Source: Alphaproteobacteria bacterium
GTDB lineage: Bacteria > Pseudomonadota > Alphaproteobacteria > UBA8317
Reading direction: 5' to 3'
NCBI GenBank assembly: GCA_038131935.1
Contig: JAYPQH010000018.1
Span: forward strand, 173,528-237,527
Length of the DNA stretch: 64,000 bases
This document shows, piece by piece, positions 33,936 to 45,599 of this stretch; the stretch's first letter is position 1; each line of letters starts with the position of its first letter. The notes beneath the pieces are model-generated. The model searched no databases. It saw nothing but the letters and a program-made list of their open reading frames with translations, and was not told the origin of the DNA. The position numbers were made by a program, and so were the translations under genes.

Positions 33936-34355
33936 TTAGCCCTGCGCGATATTTTCAAGCAACGGACGCATGGGGGCAATATCATAACCTGCAAGAGCGG
34001 CTTGGTTGATCACCGCATCCTCACCCAGTTCGCGACAGCGTACCATGGCCCAAAGATGGGTGGATCTTGTGCCTGTTCGACAGAAAATTAACGTGGGCTT
34101 ACCTGTTTCCTGAAGTGTTTGGGCGAACTCATCAAGCTGTGCTTGGTTAATTTGCCCTGGAACCACCGGTATTTCATAAAAAGGGATATCATGAACGGCC
34201 AAAGCTTCTGCCAATTCTGCAGCCTGAGGCTGATGAGGCTCCTCATGATCAGGCCTGTTACAGATGACGGCACGTATTCCTGCATCATGTAACTTTTGGG
34301 CATCATCGGGACGTAATTGTGGTGCGGTGAAAACACCATTTTCGAGCTGTTGCAT
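33936..34355 (-). CDS. TIGR01244/DUF442 family sulfur transferase (phosphatase-like fold)
   Basis: ICNRPDHEEP.QP and FCRTGTRS motifs. Confidence 0.88.
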   Translation of the reverse strand: MQQLENGVFTAPQLRPDDAQKLHDAGIRAVICNRPDHEEPHQPQAAELAEALAVHDIPFYEIPVVPGQINQAQLDEFAQTLQETGKPTLIFCRTGTRSTHLWAMVRCRELGEDAVINQAALAGYDIAPMRPLLENIAQG

Positions 34356-34402
34356 GGTCGGACACTTTCCTTGGGTTCAAATATCTTTCTGGACCACTGG
34401 CC

Positions 34403-34436
34403 TGAATAAGCCAGATGAATAGGCCAGATGAATAGG
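34403..34436. repeat. 13-bp tandem repeat TGAATA(A/G)GCCAGA x2.6
   Basis: tgaataagccaga tgaataggccaga tgaatagg. Confidence 0.8.
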
Positions 34437-34573
34437 AATGACCATAACGACGGATGGGCTTGCGTTTCAATAGTTCTCTTCATCTGTATCTTTTTGATGC
34501 CCAAAAGCCCTCATCATGATAAAAGCCCCCAAAAGGACGATCTAAAAAGGACGGCACCCAAAAGGATAAAGAG

Positions 34574-35358
34574 ATGTTTTTCCCATTGACCAAAATCGTT
34601 GGATTTATGTTGGACCCGTTGCATCTTCCCTATTTTTGGTAGCTTTCGCCTTTTTGTTGCGTTCTTTGTCGCGGAACATATCGAAATTTTTGATCGCCTG
34701 TGCACTTGCTTGGGTCATGTTGTTGGGCGTGGTACCTTTTTGGCAATGGGGCCTGCAATCACTCGAAAATCAATATGCCTACCCCGATCCCATGCCCTCT
34801 CAAATTGGTGGGATTATCGTGCTTGGAGGCGCCATGGAAAGTGGTTCCGTTGGTGCAAGCCGCCCCTTTCCTCCCGTAGGTTCATCAGGAGAGCGGTTGT
34901 TTGCGGGCCTCCAATTGGCCCAACGCTACCCCAACGTCCCCATTGTTTTTTCAGGGTACTCGGGGTCTTTGTGGTCTGTAGAAGCAGATGAGGCAAGCCT
35001 TACCAGATCTCTTATCCATGACCTTATCAAAAATCCCCAAAGGGTCATGTACGAAAACAAATCAAGAAATACCTATGAAAATGCGGTATTCACCGAAAAA
35101 TTGCTCCTGGACCAAAAACATACACAAACCAATGCCCCCTTCTTACTGGTAACATCTGCGGGGCATATGCCGCGCAGCATGGCTTTGTTTGCCAAAACGG
35201 GCATTCCTGTGGTGGCTTATCCCGTGGATTACGTGAGCCCTCAAACAGGGACAGCTTATGATATCCGTTATGACATCAAATGGGGTGCAGACCTGGCTGA
35301 TAGGCTGCTTCATGAAATTTTGGGGCTAATAGGCTATCGCCTGAGCGGAAAGATATGA
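34574..35358 (+). CDS. YdcF/DUF218 family protein, 1-nt indel in a T-run near 34635
   Basis: MFFPLTKIVGFMLDP N-terminus; IIVLGG, SRNTYENA, LVTSAGHMPRS and HE.LG motifs. Confidence 0.88.
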
Positions 35359-35600
35359 TGGGCATTTGCTGAAAAGCCGTTTTTGCGCTATAATGTCACT
35401 CATTGTGAAAGACGAGGTTTATGAAAACATCAGATATCATCCCATCAACATGGCAATCTATCCAACCAACTTAAAAGTAATAGCCCATCAATTGAGAAAT
35501 ATTCTGAGCAATATTTGTACTATTCAAGGAGAGGTTTTTTAAAAGTTTCTTCACGGTGACGATGTTGATCTTTTGGTTGGGCAAACCTATTCGGTTAGGA

Positions 35601-35648
35601 GAGCAAAAAGGCGAGCAAAAGGGCGGAAAAAAGGCTGGCAAACCAAAG
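35601..35648. repeat. 12-bp-period imperfect tandem repeat (GAGCAAAAAGGC-like x4)
   Basis: gagcaaaaaggc gagcaaaagggc ggaaaaaaggct ggcaaaccaaag. Confidence 0.65.
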
Positions 35649-35851
35649 CAGAAAACGAATTGAAAATTTTGTTCCCGCAAGACTGTTTAAAAAAGGGTTG
35701 GTGAGGCTATTGCTTTTAAAAAAGGCACAGCCATTGGCCAAATTCACGCCATGATGATGGAAAAGATATCGCGAAAGCATACCCATTTTATGTCTCTTTC
35801 ATAAAATATGAGACAAGTACGACTGAAATTTTGAAGAAGGCAAAAAGCAAG

Positions 35852-36370
35852 ATGAGCAAAATGAAATCACCAACAACAACTGAGTTCCAAGTCAACGATC
35901 ATGTGGTGTATCCCACCCATGGCGTGGGTAAGATCATCGCTATTGAAACCCAAGAAATCGCCGGCATGAGTTTGGAATTGTTTGTGATCCGTTTTGATAA
36001 TGAAAAAATGACCCTTCGCGTGCCCACCATGAAGGCCGCACAAACGGGCATGCGTAAGCTTTCAGATGACACCACCGTGGCTGACGCCATGAAAACCCTC
36101 AAGGGAAAAGCAAAAATCAAGCGCACCATGTGGTCACGTCGGGCACAAGAATATGAAGCCAAAATCAATTCTGGCAACTTGGTATCCATCGCGGAAGTGG
36201 TACGGGATTTGTACCGTGGTGAAGACCAACCTGAGCAATCTTATTCTGAACGTCAATTGTTTGAGGCAGCCTTTGAGCGCTTAACAAGAGAGTTGGCGGC
36301 GGTTGAAAAAATTGCCCAGTCCGACGCAGCCAAACAGGTTGAAACAGCCCTCGACAAGAATGCTGCCTAA
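35852..36370 (+). CDS. carD: CarD/CdnL family transcription factor
   Basis: VVYPTHGVG, WSRRAQEYEAKINSG and QSYSER motifs. Confidence 0.93.
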   Translation: MSKMKSPTTTEFQVNDHVVYPTHGVGKIIAIETQEIAGMSLELFVIRFDNEKMTLRVPTMKAAQTGMRKLSDDTTVADAMKTLKGKAKIKRTMWSRRAQEYEAKINSGNLVSIAEVVRDLYRGEDQPEQSYSERQLFEAAFERLTRELAAVEKIAQSDAAKQVETALDKNAA

Positions 36371-36616
36371 CCCACACCTTTAAATAAAAGCTAAGATGGA
36401 TGCGCCACGCAGGTTACCTCCATCGAGACGCCCCAACCTTTGTTGATAAAAAAATGATGGTTGGGTTCTTTTTTATAGTTTGTTCTCGACAGCTGCGTCA
36501 TTTTCGACCATGATGAGGCATGATGACACATAGGCAGCGACATTTTGGCTGCCCATCTGCTGAATAATTGTCACGTTTTTGATGATGGCATGACCAAAGC
36601 ACCGGGAGGACAAACA

Positions 36617-37510
36617 ATGAGCGGCATAGACACCACGGAAAGCTTACGGGCCAATCGCCAATATGTGAAGCGTGCCATGAGTGCGCCCCTGTTAGAGTCT
36701 GAAGAAGAACTTGAGTTGGCACGCTCTTGGCGTGAAGAAGGTGATGAGAAATCCCTTCATAAGCTGACACAAGCGTACCTTCGGCTTGTTGTCTCCATGG
36801 CAGGACGGTTTCGGCATTATGGCCTTCCCATGGGTGATCTGATCCAAGAGGGAAATATTGGCTTGATGCAGGCCGCGGCACGTTTTGAGCCGAGCCGTGA
36901 GGTTCGTTTTTCCACCTATGCCAGCTGGTGGATACGGGCAGCCATCCAAGATTATGTTTTACGCAACTGGTCTATTGTGCGCACAGGAACCACCGCCGCT
37001 CAAAAATCATTGTTTTTCAACCTACGCCGCATGCGGGCGCTGATTGGGGATGCCAGTCAGCAAAAGTTGGATGATGATTCCGTTGAGGAAATCGCAACCA
37101 AACTTGGGGTACGCCGCCGGGATGTGGAATTCATGGAAGCACGGCTTGCTGCGTCAGACCGGTCGCTCAACGCCCAGGTTGGTGAGGATGGCGACACGGT
37201 GGAATGGCAAGATCTTTTGGCAGATGATCGCAGCACCCCTGATCAGGTGGCAGAGGCGCGCATTGATTCTGATATCCAGACCCGTTGGATCAAAGATGCG
37301 TTGGCCAAACTCAACAAACGAGAAATGATCATCATTACCGAACGCAAGCTTCGGGAAGAGAGTGTGACCCTTGAATCTTTGGGGCGTCGTTTGGGGATTT
37401 CAAAAGAACGGGTCCGCCAGATTGAGCATCAGGCCTTGAAAAAGCTGCGTCGTGCCATGGATGAAATGGTGCCTGACACCAAAGTCATTCGCTATTCAGA
37501 CGAACTGTAA
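36617..37510 (+). CDS. RNA polymerase sigma-32 family factor (RpoH2-like)
   Basis: DLIQEGNIGLM, WSIVRTGTTAAQKSLFFNLR (RpoH box) and SKERVRQIE; GGAGG upstream of ATG 36617. Confidence 0.9.
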   Translation: MSGIDTTESLRANRQYVKRAMSAPLLESEEELELARSWREEGDEKSLHKLTQAYLRLVVSMAGRFRHYGLPMGDLIQEGNIGLMQAAARFEPSREVRFSTYASWWIRAAIQDYVLRNWSIVRTGTTAAQKSLFFNLRRMRALIGDASQQKLDDDSVEEIATKLGVRRRDVEFMEARLAASDRSLNAQVGEDGDTVEWQDLLADDRSTPDQVAEARIDSDIQTRWIKDALAKLNKREMIIITERKLREESVTLESLGRRLGISKERVRQIEHQALKKLRRAMDEMVPDTKVIRYSDEL

Positions 37511-37709
37511 CCATCCGAATGACCTCAAACTGATCTCTTTGGCTGCACAAAAATCAGAACGGGCATCACAATCGGTACCATCATGAGGTGGCGATGCGCC
37601 ACGGGTTCACAAAAAGCCCAATTGGATCTGCGACCTTGACCGTGATGATGCGGCCCCTTATGAGGCAGGTCTTGGAGATTGGCGAGGTAAAAAAGGGGGA
37701 TAAAAGGGT

Positions 37710-38852
37710 TTGACACAACCTTTCGATCAGCTGCCTTGTGCCTTTCATCATGTGTCAGGCGAGATATTGGCATCATTCACCCTGTCATCTGGGAAAAGCC
37801 TTTCGCAGTTGGATATTGCCTACACCACCCTTGGGACACTCAATAAAGCGCGAACCAACGCCATCTTGATTTGTCATGCCCTCACAGGTGATCAATATGT
37901 GGGCACCAGCCATCCTGTCACCGGCAAAGCTGGCTGGTGGGATCGAATGGTAGGCCCCGGCAAACCTCTTGATACAGATCGATATTTCTTGATCTGCGCG
38001 AATGTGTTGGGTGGTTGTGCGGGCACCACGGGTCCACAAAGCCTTCATCCTGATACCCTGCAGCCTTACCGGCTTGATTTTCCTGTGATCACGATTGCGG
38101 ATATGGTCGCGGTGCAAAAATTGCTGATTGATGCCTTGGGCATTGATAAGCTTTTGGCCGTCGTTGGAGGGTCCATGGGCGGCATGCAGGTGCTGCAATG
38201 GGCATCAAGCTACCCAGAACAGTTGCATGCAGCGGTGACCATCGCATCAGCTGCACGACATTCTGCCCAGAACATCGCCTTTCATGAATTGGGACGCCAA
38301 GCCATCATGGCCGATCCAAGTTGGGCAGGTGGACAATATGAAAGCCAGCCCACCAAAGGGTTGGCCGTGGCACGCATGGCCGCGCATATCACCTATTTGT
38401 CTGAACCTGCCCTGACCCGCAAATTTGGACGCCGATTACAAGCACGTGACAGCTTGACCTATGGATTTGATGCAGATTTTCAGGTGGAGAGCTATTTGCG
38501 CCATCAAGGCATGAGTTTTGTGGACCGCTTTGATGCCAACTCCTACCTTTATATCACCCGTGCCATGGATTATTTTGATTTGGCTGCAGATCATGATGGC
38601 AATTTGGCCGCGGCTTTTGCCCAAGGGCAAACCCGGCATCTGGTGATCTCCTTTGACAGTGATTGGCTGTTCACAACCGCTGAGGCCAAACATTTGGTTC
38701 ATGCGCTGAATGCAGCCGGTCAAGAAACCTCATTCTTAGAAATCAGCTCTGACAAAGGCCATGATGCCTTTTTGCTGGAAGAACCTGAACTTGATCAGGC
38801 GTTAAGGGGATTTCTGGATGCAACCTGGGATGACGTGGGAGGAACCCCATGA
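37710..38852 (+). CDS. metX: homoserine O-acetyltransferase
   Basis: [22 protein letters not shown] and GHDAFL motifs. Confidence 0.94.
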   Translation: MTQPFDQLPCAFHHVSGEILASFTLSSGKSLSQLDIAYTTLGTLNKARTNAILICHALTGDQYVGTSHPVTGKAGWWDRMVGPGKPLDTDRYFLICANVLGGCAGTTGPQSLHPDTLQPYRLDFPVITIADMVAVQKLLIDALGIDKLLAVVGGSMGGMQVLQWASSYPEQLHAAVTIASAARHSAQNIAFHELGRQAIMADPSWAGGQYESQPTKGLAVARMAAHITYLSEPALTRKFGRRLQARDSLTYGFDADFQVESYLRHQGMSFVDRFDANSYLYITRAMDYFDLAADHDGNLAAAFAQGQTRHLVISFDSDWLFTTAEAKHLVHALNAAGQETSFLEISSDKGHDAFLLEEPELDQALRGFLDATWDDVGGTP

Positions 38853-39466
38853 ACGCAACAGGTGAATTGCGCAAAGATTACGAAATCCTGGCTGAATGTG
38901 TCCCCGAAGGTGCACGGGTTTTGGACATTGGTTGTGGAACAGGTGGGCTTCTGGGTTTCTTGCGCGATCACCGTGGCGCAAGGGGGCTTGGTATTGATCT
39001 CAAATCTGAAAATGTCAGTGCCTGTCTTTCCAAAAGGTTAAACGCGATCCAAGGGGATGCTGAGGTCGAATTGGCCAATTACCCCGCCCAAAGTTTTGAT
39101 GTGGCGATCCTTTCACAAACCCTGCAAGCCCTCACCCGCCCCCATGACACCCTAGATGAGATGTTACGGGTGGCAGACACTGCCATTGTCACCTTCCCTA
39201 ATTTTGGCCATTGGCGCTTGAGGGGGCAGCTTTTGTGGCGTGGCTGCATGCCCGTCACGGAAGATTTGGCGTATGAATGGTATGACACACCCAATATTCA
39301 TTTTTGCACCATTCGTGATTTTGTAAATTTTTGTGATGCCCGCAACATCGTGATCAGGGAAGGCAAATACCTCAACACAAATGGCGATGTGGCCCCCATT
39401 GCACATCAATTGTGGCGTGCAAACCTGCTGGGCAAACAAGCCATCTTTACCCTCGCCCGATCTTGA
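38849..39466 (+). CDS. metW: methionine biosynthesis protein MetW
   Basis: LDIGCG, LSQTLQ, FPNFGHW and WYDTPNIH motifs; overlaps the metX stop. Confidence 0.94.
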   Translation: MNATGELRKDYEILAECVPEGARVLDIGCGTGGLLGFLRDHRGARGLGIDLKSENVSACLSKRLNAIQGDAEVELANYPAQSFDVAILSQTLQALTRPHDTLDEMLRVADTAIVTFPNFGHWRLRGQLLWRGCMPVTEDLAYEWYDTPNIHFCTIRDFVNFCDARNIVIREGKYLNTNGDVAPIAHQLWRANLLGKQAIFTLARS

Positions 39467-39625
39467 GGGCTTTTTTAAGAGATTCCAACGCATCTTTGTT
39501 GGGAAATTTCAGAACATTTCCACGCCTCGATGTCGCAAGTTGCCCCCTTAGCCCTTGCATCAAAAGTCGTCCCATGGCTATCTGCGCGTGTGAAACTATG
39601 ACAAACCCAAACGACAAGGAACGAA

Positions 39626-40378
39626 ATGATGAAGGTGCTTGTACCGGTCAAACGTGTGGTCGATTATAACGTACGTGTGCGTGTGAAAGCTGACCAAACG
39701 GGTGTGGAATTGGCCAACGTAAAAATGTCCATGAACCCTTTTGACGAAATCGCTGTGGAAGAAGCGATCCGCCTGAAGGAAGCAGGTACGGTTACCGAAA
39801 TCATCGCCTGTTCCATTGGTGTTGCCCAAGCCCAAGACACCATCCGTACAGCCCTTGCCATGGGTGCAGACCGTGGTGTTCATGTCACCACGGATGAAAG
39901 CCTTGAGCCCCTGGCAATTGCCAAAATTTTGGCCAAAATTGTTGGCGATGAGGGTATCGATCTGGTCATCATGGGCAAGCAAGCCATTGATGATGATTGC
40001 TCACAGACGGGCCAAATGTTGGCAAGTCTTTTGGATTGCCCACAGGCAACCTTTGCCTCAGAAGTTCAACTTGAGGGTACCCACGCCACTGTCACCCGGG
40101 AAATCGATGGTGGCCTGCAGACGATTAAGGTGTCCTTGCCTGCGGTGATCACCACAGACCTGCGTTTGAATGAGCCACGTTATGCATCATTGCCCAACAT
40201 CATGAAAGCGAAGAAAAAGCCCATTGATGCAAAGCCTGCTGCAGATTACGGGGTAGACCTTACCAACCGCTTAAATGTTGTCAAAGTGACCGAACCACCT
40301 GTTCGTGAGGCAGGCCGCAAGGTGGCGGATGTCGGAGAACTTGTTACAAGCCTTAAAGATGCAGGAGTGATCGCATGA
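39626..40378 (+). CDS. etfB: electron transfer flavoprotein beta subunit
   Basis: [26 protein letters not shown] and EPRYASLP motifs. Confidence 0.96.
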   Translation: MMKVLVPVKRVVDYNVRVRVKADQTGVELANVKMSMNPFDEIAVEEAIRLKEAGTVTEIIACSIGVAQAQDTIRTALAMGADRGVHVTTDESLEPLAIAKILAKIVGDEGIDLVIMGKQAIDDDCSQTGQMLASLLDCPQATFASEVQLEGTHATVTREIDGGLQTIKVSLPAVITTDLRLNEPRYASLPNIMKAKKKPIDAKPAADYGVDLTNRLNVVKVTEPPVREAGRKVADVGELVTSLKDAGVIA

Positions 40379-41298
40379 GCACCTATTTGCTGATTGACCA
40401 TAACAATAATGATGCCAACGGTTCTAACTTTAAGGCCATGAGTGCGGCCAAGGCTTTGGGCTCAGATGTGATCGCTGTCGTGATGGGGCATCAATGCCAA
40501 GAAGTGGCGAACCAAGCAGCGCAAATTGAAGGGGTGTCAAAGGTCCTTCTGGCTGATCATGAAGGCTTGGTGCATCAACCTGCAGAAGCCATTGCCCCTG
40601 CCCTTGTTGGCCTCATGGGTGAAGGTGATCATTTGGTGGCAGCATCCTCAACCGTCACCCGCAATATTCTTCCGCGCGTGGCTGCCAAATTGGACGTGAT
40701 GCAGGTATCAGATTTGATTGAGGTCATTGACCCTAAGACATTCGTGCGTCCCATTTATGCAGGCAACGCGATGCAAACCGTGACCTCACAAGACAAACAT
40801 ATTGTAGCCACCATTCGTGCAACGGCATTCTCTGCGGTGGGTACCCAAGATGGAACAGATGTAGAGACATTGGATGTCAGCTCATCTGATCAGAACCAAT
40901 TTGTGGGTGAGGAATTGTCCAAATCCGACCGTCCGGAACTAACCGCGGCAAAGATCGTGATTTCTGGGGGACGGGGCATGCAAAATGGTGAGAATTTTGC
41001 CATGCTTGAGAAGGTTGCCGACAAATTGGGCGCAGCGATTGGCGCAAGCCGTGCCGCCGTTGATGCAGGCTATGTTCCTAATGATTATCAAGTCGGTCAG
41101 ACTGGTAAAGTCGTGGCACCTGAATTGTACATAGCTGTGGGGATTTCAGGGGCGATCCAGCATTTGGCCGGCATGAAGGATTCCAAGGTGATCGTTGCGA
41201 TCAACAAAGATGAGGAAGCGCCTATTTATCAAGTGGCCGATTATGGCCTTGTGGCAGACCTTTTCCAGGCTGTTCCTGAATTGGAAGACAAACTCTGA
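40375..41298 (+). CDS. etfA: electron transfer flavoprotein alpha subunit
   Basis: RPIYAGN, SGGRG, QVGQTGK and [11 protein letters not shown] motifs. Confidence 0.96.
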   Translation: MSTYLLIDHNNNDANGSNFKAMSAAKALGSDVIAVVMGHQCQEVANQAAQIEGVSKVLLADHEGLVHQPAEAIAPALVGLMGEGDHLVAASSTVTRNILPRVAAKLDVMQVSDLIEVIDPKTFVRPIYAGNAMQTVTSQDKHIVATIRATAFSAVGTQDGTDVETLDVSSSDQNQFVGEELSKSDRPELTAAKIVISGGRGMQNGENFAMLEKVADKLGAAIGASRAAVDAGYVPNDYQVGQTGKVVAPELYIAVGISGAIQHLAGMKDSKVIVAINKDEEAPIYQVADYGLVADLFQAVPELEDKL

Positions 41299-41329
41299 TC
41301 AGATTTTCGATCAATCCGTTAACATCATC

Positions 41330-41367
41330 AACCTGGCTTTTGCATTGCATCAGCCGGGTTAACTTTT
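41330..41367 (+). terminator. possible intrinsic terminator after etfA
   Basis: aacctggct...agccgggtt inverted repeat followed by aactttt. Confidence 0.5.
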
Positions 41368-42789
41368 AAGTGCTTTGAGAGAAACTACCCGTGTCATAAG
41401 CACTGTCCATCTCACTTCAAGATAATATTTACCCAATATCTTTCTTCCATCTTCATCACGGCAAGCATATTTGGTGGTAATTGTTTGAGCTTATCTCAAC
41501 CAAATTTTAACTGTGGTGCAGATACCCAATGATTGATCGCTGACATCATCGGTATCATCCTAGGCATCACTCAGTGGGCTTATATATAAACGCTTGCGCA
41601 AGCATTAAACTCGAGCCCTTCTTCTGAGCAGAGTTGCATTCAGGGATTTGATTGGAGTTCGCCTTCGGGAATTTGTCTTTTCTTGCCTATTAAAGGCACA
41701 CCATGCTTCGTGCTTCTTTACGTTGTGCGTACTTCACTCCAGATAACGTTGGCATAAACGGCGTTCTGACCAAATTCCTCGCAAATGCATGCTCAACTTG
41801 TCATGATAGAAATATACCGCTTGACGCGAATGAGGCTTCGTGAAGGATCTATCCATCTGTAGGTAAAGCTACCGGATATCCCAAATTCTCTACCCACCCT
41901 GGTAATTGCATCTTCCACAAAATTTGCGTTGATTGGGTTTTCCTGCACCTGACGGAGTGCACGGTGATACATGTTGCCTTCTGCACAAGCAGGGGCGCGT
42001 ATAGCTTAGCTCCTTCTCTCTCACCAGTTTCTAGGCTCCGTTTTGTAGGTATTCCTGTCTTTATTGAGGATGATATGAAACCATGCGACGACGGTCTGAG
42101 ATCTGCGAGTTCACATTTCCAAGATCTAATTGCGACCTCGCGCAAGGGACCAGCCATACGCTTACTGGAAATCAAAAATAAATCAAGAGGTGTAGTCGGT
42201 ATCATATCCCAGCAATCAGCACTCCATTTACAGTCTAATAATCGAGTGGCAGAGCAAACATCAGCTGGAGGGGTTCATAATAAGATCTTGTGGACTGACA
42301 TAGAACATAGGCGACAGCCTAAACAGTGGGTCGATAGGTGAAATACTGAATAGGCTAAAGCTACCCAGGAAACAATCTGAATGAATCCTATTTCAGGTCA
42401 TTCATTCAGGGTTGAGCTGCAATTGATCTCGAGTTGATTCAGGAGCATCATTAGATATAATCATGCTCAAAGGTGCTCTATGCCTGCACGATAATGCAAT
42501 AAATTATCTGAGGTCATGGGAGGATCATTTAACTGGCGGCCCCTGTCCGTCAGCCATAGGCACACGCGATTACTCGACAACAAATACGAACGCTCGTCTA
42601 TAGTCACATAAATGAAAGGACGCCTTCATAGGAATAGTGCTGCCTGAGGTGTGTTGCAGTGCATTGCTTCAGCGCACAGCGAGGCGGTATTCGAAATTAT
42701 CCGTCCCAGCTTAGCTAAGACTCTCACCAGGATCCCATTCACCCTCTATGAGGTCGCTCCGATGGTAATCTGTAACCTTCCTACTTTCC

Positions 42790-43257
42790 AAAACCAACTC
42801 ATGAAGGTGCTGAATAGTTACCCGCCATATCAGTGCCTCGCCTTGGCGCCCAACTCGCTAAATCTTTAGGTTGAGTAGGTCGAATGGGCCCAGGCTTTTA
42901 ACCTCACACAAGACGGACCCTTCTTCACGCGCTATGACGGTGCTATTGATAAGAGTTAGGACCGACGCCCCTAAAGCCAAATTATTCCCATACCTCTCTG
43001 TCCCAAAATTGACGATGTCAGTGACGGTCCCAGCATCGTTAAATATAACGAGCGCTAACACCCGGCGTAAGGCGAATAGCCTCTCCTCTTTAAATTGACG
43101 GATGCCTATGCGGACGGATATAACTATGGGGCTCGATAGCGTGCTTAACAAGCACTGACTGGGATCGTCAACTTATGCACATGATGTTGCTGCAACGAGA
43201 ATTAGACTGCGCCTCTCTGCGAGTGCTTTTGGCGGCACTTGAATCAAAACCTTCATT
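42790..43257 (-). pseudogene. wbuC: WbuC-family cupin-fold metalloprotein (broken as sequenced)
   Basis: AIEPHSYIRPHRH, ALVIFND.G, TVIAREEGSVLCEVK and GPFD fragments. Confidence 0.75.
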
Positions 43258-44449
43258 ACGCACCTGCTGCAGAGAATGCAGAGACAATCTGATTGACCAG
43301 TTTTTTTCAACGGAAAACTGTTTATCAGGAAGTGAATATACCGCTTCGGAAGCTCCAGATCAGAGTCGATTTGAACTAATAACTCTTGCATTGCCAAAGT
43401 ATTAGCTCTTCAATCTTTTATCGTTTTCACAGACTTGCCAACGCGCTCATCTCTTATCAATTGAGCCAAATCATTTCCAGGGTTGACTTTAGCTAAAACT
43501 GGCAATCCGTTCTGTACGGGGTGTTAAGAACTTTCCTGGGATATTGTGAGATTTATGTCTCTGGATCTAATGAGACGATCCCCACCGTATTGGGTACATA
43601 AGCCAGGTATTTCGTCCGGATCTACTCTGTCAAAAACGACATGGAATCAAGCTTGCGTTGCTGTAAGTTTCTTTTGAGCCGCGCAGCCTCACTCTCCGCG
43701 TCCTACAACAAAAACTCATATCTGATCTCTCACACAACCTCTCTAATACATGCAAAAGATGTCTAGACTTTGAGCAATACCTCCATGTTCCCTGCGTAGA
43801 CTACAAACTTTTACGGCCCTTCAATTTAGTTTCCTGTCCAGTCTTATCGAGCAAGGTGAATAAATAGGCTTCCCAAGCCAGTTTTGTAAAACCTCCAAGC
43901 GACGGTGAGGCTGCTTTTCCCACTCAAGTAAAATACATCCAAGTTTACCCGTGTCGAATTCTACTATGTCCGCGACCGAGCGCTTCGGTAATGCGCAATA
44001 CCATCATAAAAACGAGGATCAGACCCTGCGCAGCCAGTCCAGATCCACAGCCCACTCCGGGAAGATGTCGTGCGAATAATCATGTAACTTTGCAATCCTT
44101 GATCGCCTGAACCAACTCACTAGAGGCCTAAAAAATAGAGGGGGAATACTAAATATGCCGCCATCCCATGGCGCATCATGCTGGGCTTTTGCGAATATTC
44201 CACCACATAGCAAATGGCATTAGCAGGCTCCGCCATCGTCCTGCGAACGTACCACACCCTTTGTCCTGGGTGCTTTCAACCCTAATATTCAGCATCAATG
44301 TTCTAAGTATCCAGGGCTCTTTGATCAGCAGACGGTAGAATACGTACAGGTAAGGCCTTTGCGAATAAAACGCGGAACCAAATCTCTCAACTGAACGGCA
44401 CCGGACGACCGTAAAGAGGAAAGGTATCTGCAATCAGAGCAATATGCAT
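43256..44449 (-). pseudogene. GT4 glycosyltransferase, WbuB/WbjE-like L-FucNAc transferase (broken as sequenced)
   Basis: MHIALIADTF..RSSGAVQLRDL, DIFPEWAVDL, YAGNM and HNIPGKFL fragments. Confidence 0.8.
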
Positions 44450-44459
44450 CTCTAGAGGC

Positions 44460-45593
44460 TCAATATTTCTTCCACACTACTCGGTTAACGTAGTCAGTGT
44501 AGCTGTACAATTTTACTACTTTATCGCTGACGTTTGGCGCACTGTAATCATCCACCAACCGCAATAGACGCTCGTCGCCACGCGATTGCGTACCAATTAC
44601 CGCTAGTGCTGGCGAACCCGATCAAACTTCTAAACCTACCATCAGCACAGCGCCCTCCTCCACGCTCCCGACGCTCCAGCGCCTGCGAGATCTAATGCGG
44701 GGAAGTTGAGCATCGATGACTCCTCGGTGATCGCACTGCTATCAGATACACCGCCGTGCAGCGTTCGACGTGGTAGATTTACATAGTCGTGAAACCCTAT
44801 GAGGTTTCAAGTAAGGTACGAGCGTGGTGCTCCTCGCTCCCCCTTATTGCGTCAACACGATTTGCGTTCGTGGGTGGTCGACACAATTACTGGTAACCCG
44901 TGATCCGTAGCTAGCGTGTGTTGTTACATCTACCAGTTTCGCGAACGAGCGATCAGGCTCTATATTCTCCTCGCGATGAGCAAACAATCTTAAAAATATT
45001 TTTTCTTTGACTGGTAGATTTAATCGATTATGCATCTTGATCTATCAATATCTCGTATGTAATGGTGCAATACTTGCTACATTGGCTTCCAGTCTTATTA
45101 TCTGATCAGTGGAAATCCTCTCTCAAAAGATAATTCCTGCGCAATAGTGCTGCAAGTAAGGTTAATATCAGCGGTGTGGTCTACGATGCGTCTGTTAGTT
45201 TCCGGGTACGCGCTGACTGGGTAAGCACCACATCATTTCATATGGAATATGGGTATCTTACGTCGCTTGGCAGGAATCACAGATAGGCAACTATTGGTGT
45301 TCCCGAGCACCAGTACCGCCTCCGGTTGCTCCTCCAGAAGAACTGCACTATGGCCGTGATCAAATTTCCTATGGTATTAGCTTTCGCAACTGGTGCCACC
45401 TCGGCGCTATTTATGAAATGATTTGGTTTTGCACATTAAGGTTACCGAAAAACACCTGATTTACTCCAGTCATAATTTTGCCCTGTGCACGAGCACGTGG
45501 TCGCAGGAGAGATCCAACGCTGCTAATACACGTGACAAACGAATAATCTCAGGGCGGGCGCCTACCACCGACATCACCCTTGAGTTTTTTCAT
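44460..45593 (-). pseudogene. fnlC: FnlC/WbjD/Cap5G UDP-sugar 2-epimerase (broken as sequenced)
   Basis: MKKLK.MSVVGARPEIIRLSRV, LGNTNSCLSVIPAKRRKIPIFHM and TDYVNRVVWKKY* fragments. Confidence 0.88.
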
Positions 45594-45599
45594 TTAAAT

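Noticed and set aside
12399-35648. Intergenic repeats as CRISPR arrays or REP/MITE elements
   Set aside because: Units are mostly 12-14 bp, adjacent without unique spacers, non-palindromic, and no cas gene or transposase is present.
37511-37709. Possible SAM riboswitch in the metX leader
   Set aside because: I could not find the SAM-II conserved elements (GATTT...TAAAT..GCTAAA) by eye; an Infernal/Rfam scan would be decisive.
41850-41970. IS transposase or MarR-type EPS regulator fragment
   Set aside because: Only a short HTH-like resemblance; no downstream conserved motifs, catalytic domain or terminal inverted repeats could be traced.
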